Assembly: GCA_011391085.1 (NCBI GenBank)
Contig: JAABRD010000041.1
Coordinates: forward strand, 1 to 46,447
Source of the DNA: Thiotrichaceae bacterium
Lineage (GTDB): Bacteria; Pseudomonadota; Gammaproteobacteria; Beggiatoales; Beggiatoaceae
Direction of reading: 5' to 3'
Length of the DNA: 46,447 nt
Numbering within the stretch: position 1 is the stretch's first letter; each line of letters starts with the position of its first letter. The translations under genes were made by a program, and so were the position numbers. The notes under the pieces are model-generated. The model had not been told where the DNA came from. It did no database searches and worked only from the letters and a program-made list of their open reading frames with translations. Shown one piece after another: positions 1 to 9,478 of this stretch.

Positions 1-107
1 AGAAGCTTTGGCACAGATTACTAAAGAGGACTCTCTGGCCTGGTTTAGACATTGTCTTTAGTGATACTTATTCAAGTGAGAATTGCTATATTCAAAATCC
101 ACTCTGC

Positions 108-587
108 TTGCATCAAAATTTTGTCCATACGATAGAGGTAAGAGTCTTCCCTGACAACAATGATACACCGTATGGGTCTCTAGCTGGCGTAATAGGCACC
201 AGTACTCTAATGGCAGTGATGTTCTGTTTAGCCGCATGGGGAATGATAAACGCCCATACCAATTTCTTGACACGCGGCAAAGTGTCTGAAGCAATCGAGT
301 GGTTAGGTGGTCTGAAAAAGCCTGCGGAAGAATATCTGGCAACTAAGGGCGAATTTCCGCCCACGATAGATCTTCTGACGAAGAAAACTTCAGGTAAGTA
401 TGTTGCCAGTCTCGTGTCCAACCCTAAAGAATTTTACTTTGAGGCGTCCATGAATTGGGAGGATAGGGTTCTGGCGGGCAAGACGGTTCGGTTAATTTAT
501 GATCCAAACAAGAAGACGTGGAGTTGTAGTGCGGCTTATCCTGATGGAATACTACCGAAATATTTGCCTAGCGTGTGTAAACGGTAA
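108..587 (+). CDS. Type IV pilin-like protein (PilE/PilA-type C-terminal domain; N-terminus atypical)
   Basis: Residues ~50-160 match the pilin alpha1-helix/globular domain (..ARAQVSEAI..GLK..V.EY..G.FP.. and a C-terminal Cys..Cys disulfide loop WSCS...PSVCK). It lacks the canonical prepilin leader GFTLIELMIVV and Glu5. The reading frame is open back to the window start, and the ORF-caller start is a TTG. Confidence 0.4.
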   Translation: MHQNFVHTIEVRVFPDNNDTPYGSLAGVIGTSTLMAVMFCLAAWGMINAHTNFLTRGKVSEAIEWLGGLKKPAEEYLATKGEFPPTIDLLTKKTSGKYVASLVSNPKEFYFEASMNWEDRVLAGKTVRLIYDPNKKTWSCSAAYPDGILPKYLPSVCKR

Positions 588-750
588 GTGATTCCTATAA
601 ATTTGGGTAGTGGTGCAATGTGGGTGAGGATCGGGAACTGTGATGTGTGTGATGAGAAGAAGAGACGCTTCAGGGATGGAGACACGTCTTTCCCTTCATT
701 TTCCACTCATATACATCATATCTATCACACAAATCACAGTTCAAAAATTT

Positions 751-868
751 GGTAGTGATGCAATGTGGGTGATAACAGAGGCACTGGCTAATTGTCAGGT
801 TCGGCTAAACCTCCGAGGTCTTGAAGACCTCGGAGGTTTCTGGTTATCACCCAGATTGCATCACTACC
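751..868. mobile_element. MITE family A copy (22-bp TIR GGTAGTGATGCAATGTGGGTGA, inner palindrome CCTCCGAGGTCTTGAAGACCTCGGAGG)
   Basis: Perfect terminal inverted repeats at 751-772 and 847-868. Flanked by AAAAATTT/AAAAATCT (8-bp TSD with 1 mismatch). A solo TIR lies at 606-627. Confidence 0.8.
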
Positions 869-908
869 AAAAATCTCACCCACATTGCAATGAAATTAAA
901 ATGACGGT

Positions 909-1011
909 GGACTAGAGGCTTTAGCCGGTGGGTGCAGAACATGATTTAATCAAAGAGAACCGCCCACGGCTAAAGCCTCTAGTCCCGCACTCCGGCTGAA
1001 GCCTCTAGTCC
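909..1011. mobile_element. MITE family B copy (TIR GGACTAGAGGCTTTAGCCGG) plus partial third arm
   Basis: GGACTAGAGGCTTTAGCCGG ... CCGGCTAAAGCCTCTAGTCC inverted pair at 909-985, with a further CGGCTGAAGCCTCTAGTCC arm at 993-1011. It abuts the stop of the 1021..4350 gene. Confidence 0.75.
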
Positions 1012-1020
1012 CGCACTCCC

Positions 1021-4000
1021 TCACTTCTCTTGCCCTCTCACATACCCCCGTGCCGCCGCCTTCTCAAACCACTGTTTTGCCTCCTCCAGATTACGCGGAA
1101 CGCCTAGACCTCGACGATATAACTCACCTAAATTATATTGCGCCGGGGCATAACCTTGTTCTGCTGCCTTTCGCACTAAAATAACCGCCAGTTCCAAATC
1201 TTGAGGGACGTCATTACCTTCATAATATAGTCCTGCCAAGTTATTTTGGGCTTTGGCCAAACCTTGTTGGGCCGCTTTGCGAACCCAATAAACCGCTTGC
1301 TGTTTATCTTGCGGAAGACCTTTCCCTTCCCAATACAAACCGGCTAACGCATTTTGGGCACCGGCGAGACCTTGTTGGGCGGCTTTGCGAAACCACTCTG
1401 CCGCTTGGAAATAGTCACGTATTCCGCCGCGACCTTCGTAGTACATCCAACCTAATTGATATTGCGCCCGCGTCTCCCCCTGCTGGGCCGCTTGCAACAG
1501 CCAGTGAAGCGTTTTCTGATCGTCGTCACGATACCAATAGAAAGCCAACGCCAGTTGCGCTGACAAATCTCCTTTCGACGCGGCTGTTTCCAAGGTGGAA
1601 AACGATAAAGACAATTGCGTTCTAGGAAAACGAATAAACTCATTTACCGTTTGCCAATGGTGTTGGAAAACCGCGGCGGGGTCTTGGTCAACTAGGGAAA
1701 TATCTTGGATATTGTTATCCAAAAATTGATTATGCTTGAGGAGAATCTGACTGGATTGTTGCACCACCATTCCAATTTGTGCAAACTGAATCTGGTTGCC
1801 CGTTATCTCCACGTCGTCAACATTTGTCAAAGATAAACCATGATAGCCCGCTTCGATACGATTGTCACGAATCTGAATCTGTTTAGAAGCACGGATAGAT
1901 AAACCATTTTCAACCGCCGAATCGGCCACCTCATGGAGGAGATGCAGTCCCACAATGTCAATCTGTTCGGAATCGATAATGGTCAGCACCGTCTCCTTGG
2001 GGATGCGTGTGACGAGATGGGCATTGTCACCATAGATGGCAAGATGATGACGTCCAACCAAGTGAACGGTTTCATTATACGTGCCTGGGCACAACCACAG
2101 TACATCACCAGGTTGAGTGGCTACCCGCAACGCTTCATTGATGGTAGCGTACCTAGTTATCTGAGGTTCAGCTTTGGCAGAATATAGCAACACTTGTTGA
2201 GGAGAACAATGGGGTTGCACCAGCGGAAGCAGAAACTCTCTGAATTTCTCATCATACCACCTCCCTGTCTCCTCCATTTCCAGAAGAAATTCACCATCAT
2301 ATACTTCTAACAGACGTTGCAATCCCCGCACCCATTCCGAATACGTTTCGTCAAGTGTACGTCTTAGCCAAAAATTGACGGCGGTATGAACTTCATAAAG
2401 ATCATAACCGCGGTCCTCCAAAAATTGAAAATGCGCCGAGTAGTCACGAGTTTCATAACAACACGCCGGCAATGTGCGATTCTTCACCAATTCCCCATAC
2501 TGTTGTGCCTCCTGGGCTAGATAGTCAGGATGATCTTGAAAATACTGATGCACTTCATAAAACGTGCGGGCGAGTCTTCTCACATATTTTTCATACAGTG
2601 GTTGCGTTTGCGGTTGAAACTCCCGCTGTTGGGCCGCGGGAATCAGGTTATCTGCTAACCATTTCACAAATTCGATATGATAATGCCCAAAATCGTCTGT
2701 AGTGTTCAAATTCAGCGTTGTATACCGATGCGGACCGCTGACGAAAATAGGTGACTTGACGGCTTGTTGCAAAGTCGTGTAACTGAGGACATTTTGCAAG
2801 TGACAATAAAAACCGCGTACTCCTCTATCTGGCAGACGAGTTAAATCCGAAGGGCAGTTATCCGAAGAGGTATTGGCAAATAACGTGTCTAAACTTTGCC
2901 AAACTTGTTTGATAAGCCCATTCACATCCGGTTGACTGACAGTATCCACTTCACTATTGCCTTCCACGAAGCGTTGTTGTTTGACCGTTACCAATTGATC
3001 CGCAACCCGTTCTTTAACCGTCAACAGATAAACCCCAGCTTTGGAAAAATCCTGTAATTCCTGACGAATTAACAGCGGTTGGTCATTGACAAATTGATAG
3101 TGGTCGATTCCATAATTCAACTCACTGCCTTTCCAAGTTGAAATAATTTGTCTGTTCTCGGTATCTACAAAAGGAGAAGGAAGAGTGCCTAGAGACTTGT
3201 TTTCGACAAACATCTCCACACTGGGATCAAATAACCAGAAACGGTAATACGTGCTATCCGCAGTGGCAGAAGCAAAGATACGCAAGTCTTGATAACCATC
3301 AAAATTGACATCCTCGATCTTGACAGACTTATCTTTCTCATCACTCGGCATTTGAGAAGCAAGTTCCTGAAGAATTTGAAACGGCTTGGTGGTCTTCGCT
3401 TTATAAATGTTCAACTCTTTCAGAGTAGCCATTTTGTGTTTCACTGCACCAACCAGTTCAAAGGTGAAATCGGGCCAATCAGGACGAATCGAGACCGTCT
3501 CAGACCATAACACATTCGCCGTTGCGGAGGTACGGTTGTCCGGTTCCGTCGTGTCGTAAGAAAATTGATTGGCTTCAAAATCATTATTGGTGATTTCAAC
3601 ATCCTGAGAAGTAATAATCTTTCTGAAATAAGCATTTTTGTTATTCTTGACGGTGTTGTATTTAAAGAACACGTTATTGGAATGTTCCACATCTAAGATT
3701 CCATGTTTCGAACCTCCAGAATTGTCATTGTCAGTGATAGCGACCTCTTTGATGGTAACGTCAGCGGAATCTTTAATGTGAAACACACCTTCGGTATTCT
3801 TGACAGCCTTGCCACCCGTCACACTGACATGTTGGGAATTGTCGACAAACACCGCGTGCGTACCTGAACCGTTCAAAATGGTGTCGGTGATACTGATATT
3901 CTTAGCATTTTGTAACTTGAGGACGGTGCCTTCACAATAGCCACGTCTGACATCATGTATCAAACCCAGGTTGTGCAACGTAATGTCTTCCGAAGCCTGA

Positions 4001-4350
4001 ATCGTCAGAACCGCCACCCAGCCCTGTTTGGTTTTTAACCAAACATTGTCTTGACCTATCAAGGTAAGAGATTTTTTATTAGCAATCAGAAGGGCGGTAT
4101 GGTTATCGGTCGATTCTATCTCATAATCGCCAGATTTCAGAATGATGTAATCGCCCGTGTCAGCCTCGTTGATAACGGACTGTAACAAGTTCTGTTTGCC
4201 TGGTTGAACATAATGCACTTTATGGCTATCCACGCAATCTTCCTGAACTTTGATCGCGCCTTCCTGGCAGGCCGAAAAAACGGTGGTGTGGGCGCATAAT
4301 AAGACCCACAATGAGAAAAGGTGAGTAAGGGTAGAATGTGGTTTGAACAT
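1021..4350 (-). CDS. Large secreted protein: signal peptide, two right-handed parallel beta-helix (pectin-lyase/NosD-like) regions, C-terminal Sel1-type TPR repeats (~6)
   Basis: N-terminal MFKPHSTLTHLFSLWVLLCAHTTVFSA signal. Beta-helix rung motifs (NISITDTILNGSG, VTIKEVAITDN, IQIRDNRIEAG, VEITGNQIQ). C-terminal repeated AQxxLGxxYxxGxGVxxDxxxAxxWxxKAAxQG units (Sel1). Confidence 0.75.
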   Translation of the reverse strand: MFKPHSTLTHLFSLWVLLCAHTTVFSACQEGAIKVQEDCVDSHKVHYVQPGKQNLLQSVINEADTGDYIILKSGDYEIESTDNHTALLIANKKSLTLIGQDNVWLKTKQGWVAVLTIQASEDITLHNLGLIHDVRRGYCEGTVLKLQNAKNISITDTILNGSGTHAVFVDNSQHVSVTGGKAVKNTEGVFHIKDSADVTIKEVAITDNDNSGGSKHGILDVEHSNNVFFKYNTVKNNKNAYFRKIITSQDVEITNNDFEANQFSYDTTEPDNRTSATANVLWSETVSIRPDWPDFTFELVGAVKHKMATLKELNIYKAKTTKPFQILQELASQMPSDEKDKSVKIEDVNFDGYQDLRIFASATADSTYYRFWLFDPSVEMFVENKSLGTLPSPFVDTENRQIISTWKGSELNYGIDHYQFVNDQPLLIRQELQDFSKAGVYLLTVKERVADQLVTVKQQRFVEGNSEVDTVSQPDVNGLIKQVWQSLDTLFANTSSDNCPSDLTRLPDRGVRGFYCHLQNVLSYTTLQQAVKSPIFVSGPHRYTTLNLNTTDDFGHYHIEFVKWLADNLIPAAQQREFQPQTQPLYEKYVRRLARTFYEVHQYFQDHPDYLAQEAQQYGELVKNRTLPACCYETRDYSAHFQFLEDRGYDLYEVHTAVNFWLRRTLDETYSEWVRGLQRLLEVYDGEFLLEMEETGRWYDEKFREFLLPLVQPHCSPQQVLLYSAKAEPQITRYATINEALRVATQPGDVLWLCPGTYNETVHLVGRHHLAIYGDNAHLVTRIPKETVLTIIDSEQIDIVGLHLLHEVADSAVENGLSIRASKQIQIRDNRIEAGYHGLSLTNVDDVEITGNQIQFAQIGMVVQQSSQILLKHNQFLDNNIQDISLVDQDPAAVFQHHWQTVNEFIRFPRTQLSLSFSTLETAASKGDLSAQLALAFYWYRDDDQKTLHWLLQAAQQGETRAQYQLGWMYYEGRGGIRDYFQAAEWFRKAAQQGLAGAQNALAGLYWEGKGLPQDKQQAVYWVRKAAQQGLAKAQNNLAGLYYEGNDVPQDLELAVILVRKAAEQGYAPAQYNLGELYRRGLGVPRNLEEAKQWFEKAAARGYVRGQEK

Positions 4351-4483
4351 AGGAGTTTGTAGAAGATATGTTTAGTTTATGTTGGAGATGACAAATTATA
4401 TTTCATCTTTGGTTGTTGGTCAAGAGAGGTCTAGGGAGAAATTTTTTGGGTATGTTGAAATAGAGAGAATGATTAAACTTTCA

Positions 4484-4764
4484 GGACTTACGCAACCACT
4501 TTTGTAAGTCGTTGATTTGACACCCCCCCTATCCCCCCCCGCACGCGGCAATGCCATTAAGTTAAGGAACATTTCGGTGGAGTGGAGGCTTTAGCCGGTC
4601 GGCCGTAGGCATCACTCCTCACTCAAATTGCGGGGCGCCTACCGCTGGCCGGCTAAAGCCTCCACTCCACCGTACCCTAACTTAATGGCATTGCCCGCAC
4701 GCGGGGGGGAATCACTCCCTCCCCACGTGGGGGGAGGGTCGGGGTGGGGTGACTGCGTAAGTCC
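4484..4764. mobile_element. Composite/nested palindromic element (three concentric inverted-repeat pairs)
   Basis: Outer pair GGACTTACGC/GCGTAAGTCC (4484-4493/4755-4764). Middle pair GCACGCGGCAATGCCATTAAGTTAAGG/CCTAACTTAATGGCATTGCCCGCACGCGG (4541-/-4703). Inner family B variant GGAGTGGAGGCTTTAGCCGG/CCGGCTAAAGCCTCCACTCC (4579-4668). Confidence 0.7.
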
Positions 4765-5145
4765 TAACTTTGACAACTGTTGGGATGTGCAGATATGGCT
4801 TGCTAAAGTAGGATGGATAATGAAGGTAACAAAATGATTGACTGTCTATTGATCTTGGTTTATCTTGCCCATATACTCATCTTGTTGACCCAAGATGTCA
4901 GATTATGTGGTGTAAGTAAATTGAGGTAACTGCTGTGAAAATTATTTCTATTTTCTATTTTCAATAACCAATACGCGGGCGTAGGTTGCCATAATTCTTA
5001 TTGTGTTATAGTAGAAATAGTGCAAGTACGGGGGAATTTTACTATAATGTAGGACCAACTGAAAAGTCGGGTTTCCATCATCGCTATTTAGCAAAATGGT
5101 GGGCTACCTACCTAGACTGGCAGTTGTTTTATCGTTCAACCAATC

Positions 5146-5678
5146 ATGTCTATCAAGAAGGAGGTCATTATGATGACTATAAAATGGCAACAACCCAAAT
5201 CCGCTTTCCTATGGCAAAGCAGTTTTGTTTTTCCCTCTGCCGGTGGTGGAGGTGGCACTGATGAGGAAATAGTGACTTTAGAATACGATATTAGTCGTTA
5301 CGGTTCTGATTACTATTCTTTCACCCCTGCGCAAAGTGACCCTGAACGGTAGTGATGCAATCTGGGTGAAATGTCTGAACTCTGATTAGAATGATTTTCA
5401 GATGGACTCTGATTAGTCAAGCCTCCTTTCATAGCCCTCATTTAATCATCTCAATCAAAGTTCAAGACCGACGCGAAACCTCTCGATATTTCACCCACAT
5501 TGCATCACTACCCCCTGAACTATGTCGAGTTGCCTGTCAAAATGACTCCAGATGTAAAGCTTTCAGTTACGTCAAACCAGACGCAACATGGCCTGGTAGT
5601 CCTCCTGCTTGTTGGTTGAAAGAGGCAGTCCCACCAGCGGCAAGTAGTTCTTGCTGTGTGTCAGGAGTGAAAATGTAA
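5146..5678 (+). pseudogene. Small PAN/apple-domain protein gene interrupted by MITE insertion (MITE 5348-5512; TSD CCCTGAAC at 5340-5347 and 5513-5520)
   Basis: Removing the 165-bp MITE plus one TSD copy joins ...TPAQSDPE to LCRVACQNDSRCKAFSYVKPDATWPGSPPACWLKE... in frame (PAN-like Cys pattern). A strong RBS AAGGAGG lies 5 nt before ATG 5170. The upstream frame terminates at TAG, which lies inside the MITE TIR. Confidence 0.6.
5348..5512. mobile_element. MITE family A copy (single 81-bp core unit) inserted in coding sequence
   Basis: TIRs GGTAGTGATGCAATCTGGGTGA / TCACCCACATTGCATCACTACC. Exact 8-bp direct repeat CCCTGAAC on both flanks. Confidence 0.85.
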
Positions 5679-5784
5679 ATTTGTGTAGAATACGTCCCTC
5701 GTCACCCTTTCGCACTTCCAATGCCAATAGTGCGTGGGACGCACCCTACAATCCACATTCCCAAAATCAGGACTGATAGGACTG

Positions 5785-5940
5785 GAGATATAGTAATATT
5801 CGTTCAAATCTGTACGATTCCCGCCGGAGCGCAATAAGAATTATTGCGCTGTGCGCCCGCGTAGCGGCAGCGCGATACCGCGCAATAATTCTTATTGCGT
5901 TCCAGCGGAGGTGTACAAATTTATAGGAATATTACTATAA
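5785..5940. repeat. Palindromic repeat family C (TIR ..TATAGTAATATTC / GAATATTACTATA..) with GC-rich internal dyad
   Basis: Inverted termini at 5785-5802 and 5922-5940. Internal GCGCAATAAGAATTATTGCGC-type dyads. Related copies at 29845-29955 and a partial copy at 38207-38311. Confidence 0.6.
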
Positions 5941-6037
5941 TATTAAAGGAGTCCAAAGCGTGGCTTTGTATCGACAAAGCTACACTTTGGACACATGGAG
6001 ACTTTGTACAATCATTTCTAAACAGAAGTAAACTATT

Positions 6038-9000
6038 ATGACATTACCTACTTTCTTTCGTACCAGCGTAGGCGGAATAAGTTGTTTCCTGCTATTCGCC
6101 CAACTTACCTTTGCCGCTTCACCGCCACCCAATGACCATTTGAGTGAGGCGACGGCGATTCTCGGTTTGCCTTACACTTCCACACCTCAAAATGTCGCCG
6201 CGGCTACTTTGGAACCCAACGAATCTATACGAAGTTGTACTAGTACAGCCAGCAATGACAGTGTGTGGTATCAATACACACCTACCACAAACCAAGAAGT
6301 TGCCTTTAACACTTTCGGTTCCAATTATGACACCGTCTTATCGGTGTGGACTGGCACAACTCATCCGCTAGTCGAACTGGGTTGCAATGATGACACCAGT
6401 GGAAATTATCAGTCCTTCGTGCATTTATTTTTAAGCACAGGAACGACCTACTACATTAACATCGCCAGCTTTTCTGGTATGACTGATGAGAATAGTTCAC
6501 TCGTCTTAACTGTCAACCTTCTCCTGCCAGCGGACAATGACAATTTAGCCAACGCCATTCAGGTCGCGACTCTACCTTATACTTCCGCCAACCCGTACCT
6601 TTGGCAAAGCCAAACCCTGGAAACTAGCGAAACCCCTCCCAGTTGTGCCCTAAATGGATATGCGAGTGTGTGGTATCAATATACACCAACTATCAACCAA
6701 ACCGTTTCATTTGCCGCAGATGCGCCGGTATTATCGATTTGGAATGGCACCACGCATCCACTGACTGAAATCACCTGTAACAACAGCATGGCTTCGGGTT
6801 CCCCTTCTTTTCCCTTAGACTTGATAGCAGGCACCACCTATTATGTCAATCTGGGAATCCCAGATTCATCAGCAGGCACAAGGACGTTAAACATCAGTGA
6901 GTTGACGCAAGCTGGCAATGACGATTGGGCCAATGCCACCCTTATCACCACGCTTCCCTACGAAGGAAAGCAACAGGCGCAATGGGCCAGTGCCGAAGAA
7001 CAGGAAGTCACCTCGAGTTGTGAGTGGGAAGAACAGCAAAGTAGTGTTTGGTATCAATACACACCAACCACCGACCAGATGATAAGTTTAGAAGGGACGA
7101 CGTTGGAGGAGACGGTGTGGTCGTACCCTACTAAGGAGATGACAGTCTCTGTCTGGAATGGCACAGGTCACCCGTTGACTGAATTGAATTGCGAACGTTT
7201 TGGGAGTGGTGACAACACTCCTTTCCTGTTGAGGCTGACCGCCGGAACAACTTATTCTTTCAAGGTCACTACCCAGCCTTCAGGGGTTCTTGATTTTGTG
7301 TTATCGGTTTCCCCAGTTACGCCACCAACGAATGATAATTTGGCCACTGCCACCGTCATTCCTACCTTACCCTATAGCAATACCTCTCAAGAAGTTTTCG
7401 GAAGTACCAACGAAGACCAGGAACTGTCTAGTGGTTGCGGAGAAAGCGGCGGTAGTGTGTGGTATCAATATACACCGACTCAAAATCAAACCGTGGTGCT
7501 TAGTGGTCTGTCAGAGTGGTCTGTGACAGTATCGGTATGGACCGGCACCACTCACCCTTTGACAGAACTGACTTGCCTGGGTTCCGGGAATCTGTTGAAA
7601 CTCACCGCAGGTACCACTTACTTTATCAAAGTGAGTGTCCCGTCTAATCAGAAATCGTTGGTCTCCTTTGAAGCCACCGAGGTGACTCCACCTAGCAATG
7701 ATGATTTGGCCAATGCCACCGTCATTTCTACATTACCCTATAGCAATACCTCTCAAGAAGTTTTCGGAAGTACCAACGAAGACCAGGAACTGTCTAGTGG
7801 TTGCGGAGAAAGCGGCGGTAGTGTGTGGTATCAATATACACCGACTCAAAATCAAACCGTGGTGCTTAGTGGTCTGTCAGAGTGGTCTGTGACAGTATCG
7901 GTATGGACCGGCACCACTCACCCTTTGACAGAACTGACTTGCCTGGGTTCCGGGGTTCTGTTGAAACTCACCGCAGGTACCACTTACTTTATCAAAGTGA
8001 GTGTCCCGTCTAATCAGAAATCGTTGGTTTCCTTTGAAGCTACCGAGGTGACTCTCCCTAGCAATGATGATTTGGTCAATGCAACCGTCATTCCTACATT
8101 GCCTTATGGTCATTCTCAAAGTACCCAATGGGCGACGGCAGAACTGGGCGAAGTTAGCTATGAACAAGCAACCTCTGAAAGTTGTGGAGGAAGTTGGGGA
8201 TGGGCATACTTTGAAGACAGTGTTTGGTATCAATACACGCCAGACCATGACCAACTGGTGGAATTTGACACTTTGGGTTCTAGTTATAACACGGTTCTCT
8301 CTATTTGGACAGGCACTGCCCACCCACTGACGGCCTTGGTGTGTAATGATGACGAATATGGCGTCTTCCTTTCCCAAGCCAACTTGAAACTGACCGCGCA
8401 CACCACCTATTATATCAGGGTGAATAGTGGCGCGTCGTGGAATGGCAGTGACATCGGCGGTATGTTAAATTTCTACGCCCAGGAAGTCTTGCCACCTAGC
8501 AACGATAACTTGGCCCAAGCCATTTCTATCACGTCCTTGCCTTATATCCATCGGCAAAACACCCAAGGGGCTAGTTTGGAAACCGAGGAGATGACAGCCA
8601 GTTGTGCGAAGTCGGAGACGGGAATGAGTGTGTGGTACAAATACACGCCTACCACTTCTGAAACGGTGCGGCTAGATACACAAACTTCCAGTTACGACAC
8701 GGTGTTATCGGTGTGGACTGGCCAACCGTTGACCGAAATCGCTTGTCATGAGGATTTGAGTGCCACTGATTCACAATCTAAACTCATCGTGACTTTGACG
8801 GCTGGCACCACTTACTTGATGAATGTCAGTGGGACTCGAAATGATTACTATCTGCCTATTTCTTCTGGTAACTTGGTGTTAACCGTTACAGCCAATGACC
8901 TTGAGTTAACGTCCCTGGGTCTCGCCAACATGATAGATGCACTGGGAAACCCGGTGACCTCCTCCACAGAATTTCTGGGCGGCATGTCAGTCAATGGCAA

Positions 9001-9385
9001 TGCTTACCAAGTGGAGGTGGTGCAAAATCTCGCTGATGAAGTAGAGATTTGGGGTAAAATGACAGTGGACCCTAACCATGTTGGCCAAACTGCCGACGTG
9101 GTCGTGTATGCGAGTTATCAATCGTCCACGTTGGCTTCTGAAGAATATTTCTACATGGTCGATAACCGCTATTCCATTTATGTTTGGGACCAGAACCCAG
9201 CGAATTTAATGGCCCTGCAAACGGTTCGGTTAGCACCAGAACAATGGCAAGCCCTTTATCGCGGACGTTTCCAAGTGCCTGGCGTGTTAAACATCTTCTG
9301 GGGGTATCGTCTGGCAGATGGGACAGTGGTGACCAGTGGTCAAGGATTGCAGGTGATGATTCATCGGCAGGTGAGTCAGTATTAA
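6038..9385 (+). CDS. Secreted protein with 8 tandem PPC (bacterial pre-peptidase C-terminal)-like domains and a C-terminal ~110-aa domain shared with two other proteins in the window
   Basis: Signal peptide. ~120-aa modules repeat the motifs NDNLANA..LPY, SVWYQYTPT, DTVLSVWTG..HPL.EL.CNDD, AGTTYY. C-terminal tail ...VDPNHVGQTADVVVYA...IFWGYRLADGTVVTSG. Confidence 0.85.
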   Translation: MTLPTFFRTSVGGISCFLLFAQLTFAASPPPNDHLSEATAILGLPYTSTPQNVAAATLEPNESIRSCTSTASNDSVWYQYTPTTNQEVAFNTFGSNYDTVLSVWTGTTHPLVELGCNDDTSGNYQSFVHLFLSTGTTYYINIASFSGMTDENSSLVLTVNLLLPADNDNLANAIQVATLPYTSANPYLWQSQTLETSETPPSCALNGYASVWYQYTPTINQTVSFAADAPVLSIWNGTTHPLTEITCNNSMASGSPSFPLDLIAGTTYYVNLGIPDSSAGTRTLNISELTQAGNDDWANATLITTLPYEGKQQAQWASAEEQEVTSSCEWEEQQSSVWYQYTPTTDQMISLEGTTLEETVWSYPTKEMTVSVWNGTGHPLTELNCERFGSGDNTPFLLRLTAGTTYSFKVTTQPSGVLDFVLSVSPVTPPTNDNLATATVIPTLPYSNTSQEVFGSTNEDQELSSGCGESGGSVWYQYTPTQNQTVVLSGLSEWSVTVSVWTGTTHPLTELTCLGSGNLLKLTAGTTYFIKVSVPSNQKSLVSFEATEVTPPSNDDLANATVISTLPYSNTSQEVFGSTNEDQELSSGCGESGGSVWYQYTPTQNQTVVLSGLSEWSVTVSVWTGTTHPLTELTCLGSGVLLKLTAGTTYFIKVSVPSNQKSLVSFEATEVTLPSNDDLVNATVIPTLPYGHSQSTQWATAELGEVSYEQATSESCGGSWGWAYFEDSVWYQYTPDHDQLVEFDTLGSSYNTVLSIWTGTAHPLTALVCNDDEYGVFLSQANLKLTAHTTYYIRVNSGASWNGSDIGGMLNFYAQEVLPPSNDNLAQAISITSLPYIHRQNTQGASLETEEMTASCAKSETGMSVWYKYTPTTSETVRLDTQTSSYDTVLSVWTGQPLTEIACHEDLSATDSQSKLIVTLTAGTTYLMNVSGTRNDYYLPISSGNLVLTVTANDLELTSLGLANMIDALGNPVTSSTEFLGGMSVNGNAYQVEVVQNLADEVEIWGKMTVDPNHVGQTADVVVYASYQSSTLASEEYFYMVDNRYSIYVWDQNPANLMALQTVRLAPEQWQALYRGRFQVPGVLNIFWGYRLADGTVVTSGQGLQVMIHRQVSQY

Positions 9386-9448
9386 AGAATGGTAGAATGG
9401 TAGGGTGGGCAACAGGTTTATCGTGGCCTACCCATTCCAGGTATGAAT

Positions 9449-9478
9449 GGTAGGCAAACAAGAGGAGGTTTGCCTACC
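9449..9478 (+). terminator. Putative hairpin terminator after 6038..9385 (GGTAGGCAAAC-loop-GTTTGCCTACC)
   Basis: 11-bp perfect stem 64 nt after the stop codon, preceded by a second imperfect hairpin at 9399-9434. The trailing U-tract is weak. Confidence 0.35.

Noticed and set aside
7877-8401. Antisense ORFs inside large genes (e.g. 7877..8401, 1452..1643, 18110..18295, 25884..26252)
   Set aside because: They are fully embedded in strongly supported CDSs on the opposite strand, with no independent signal.
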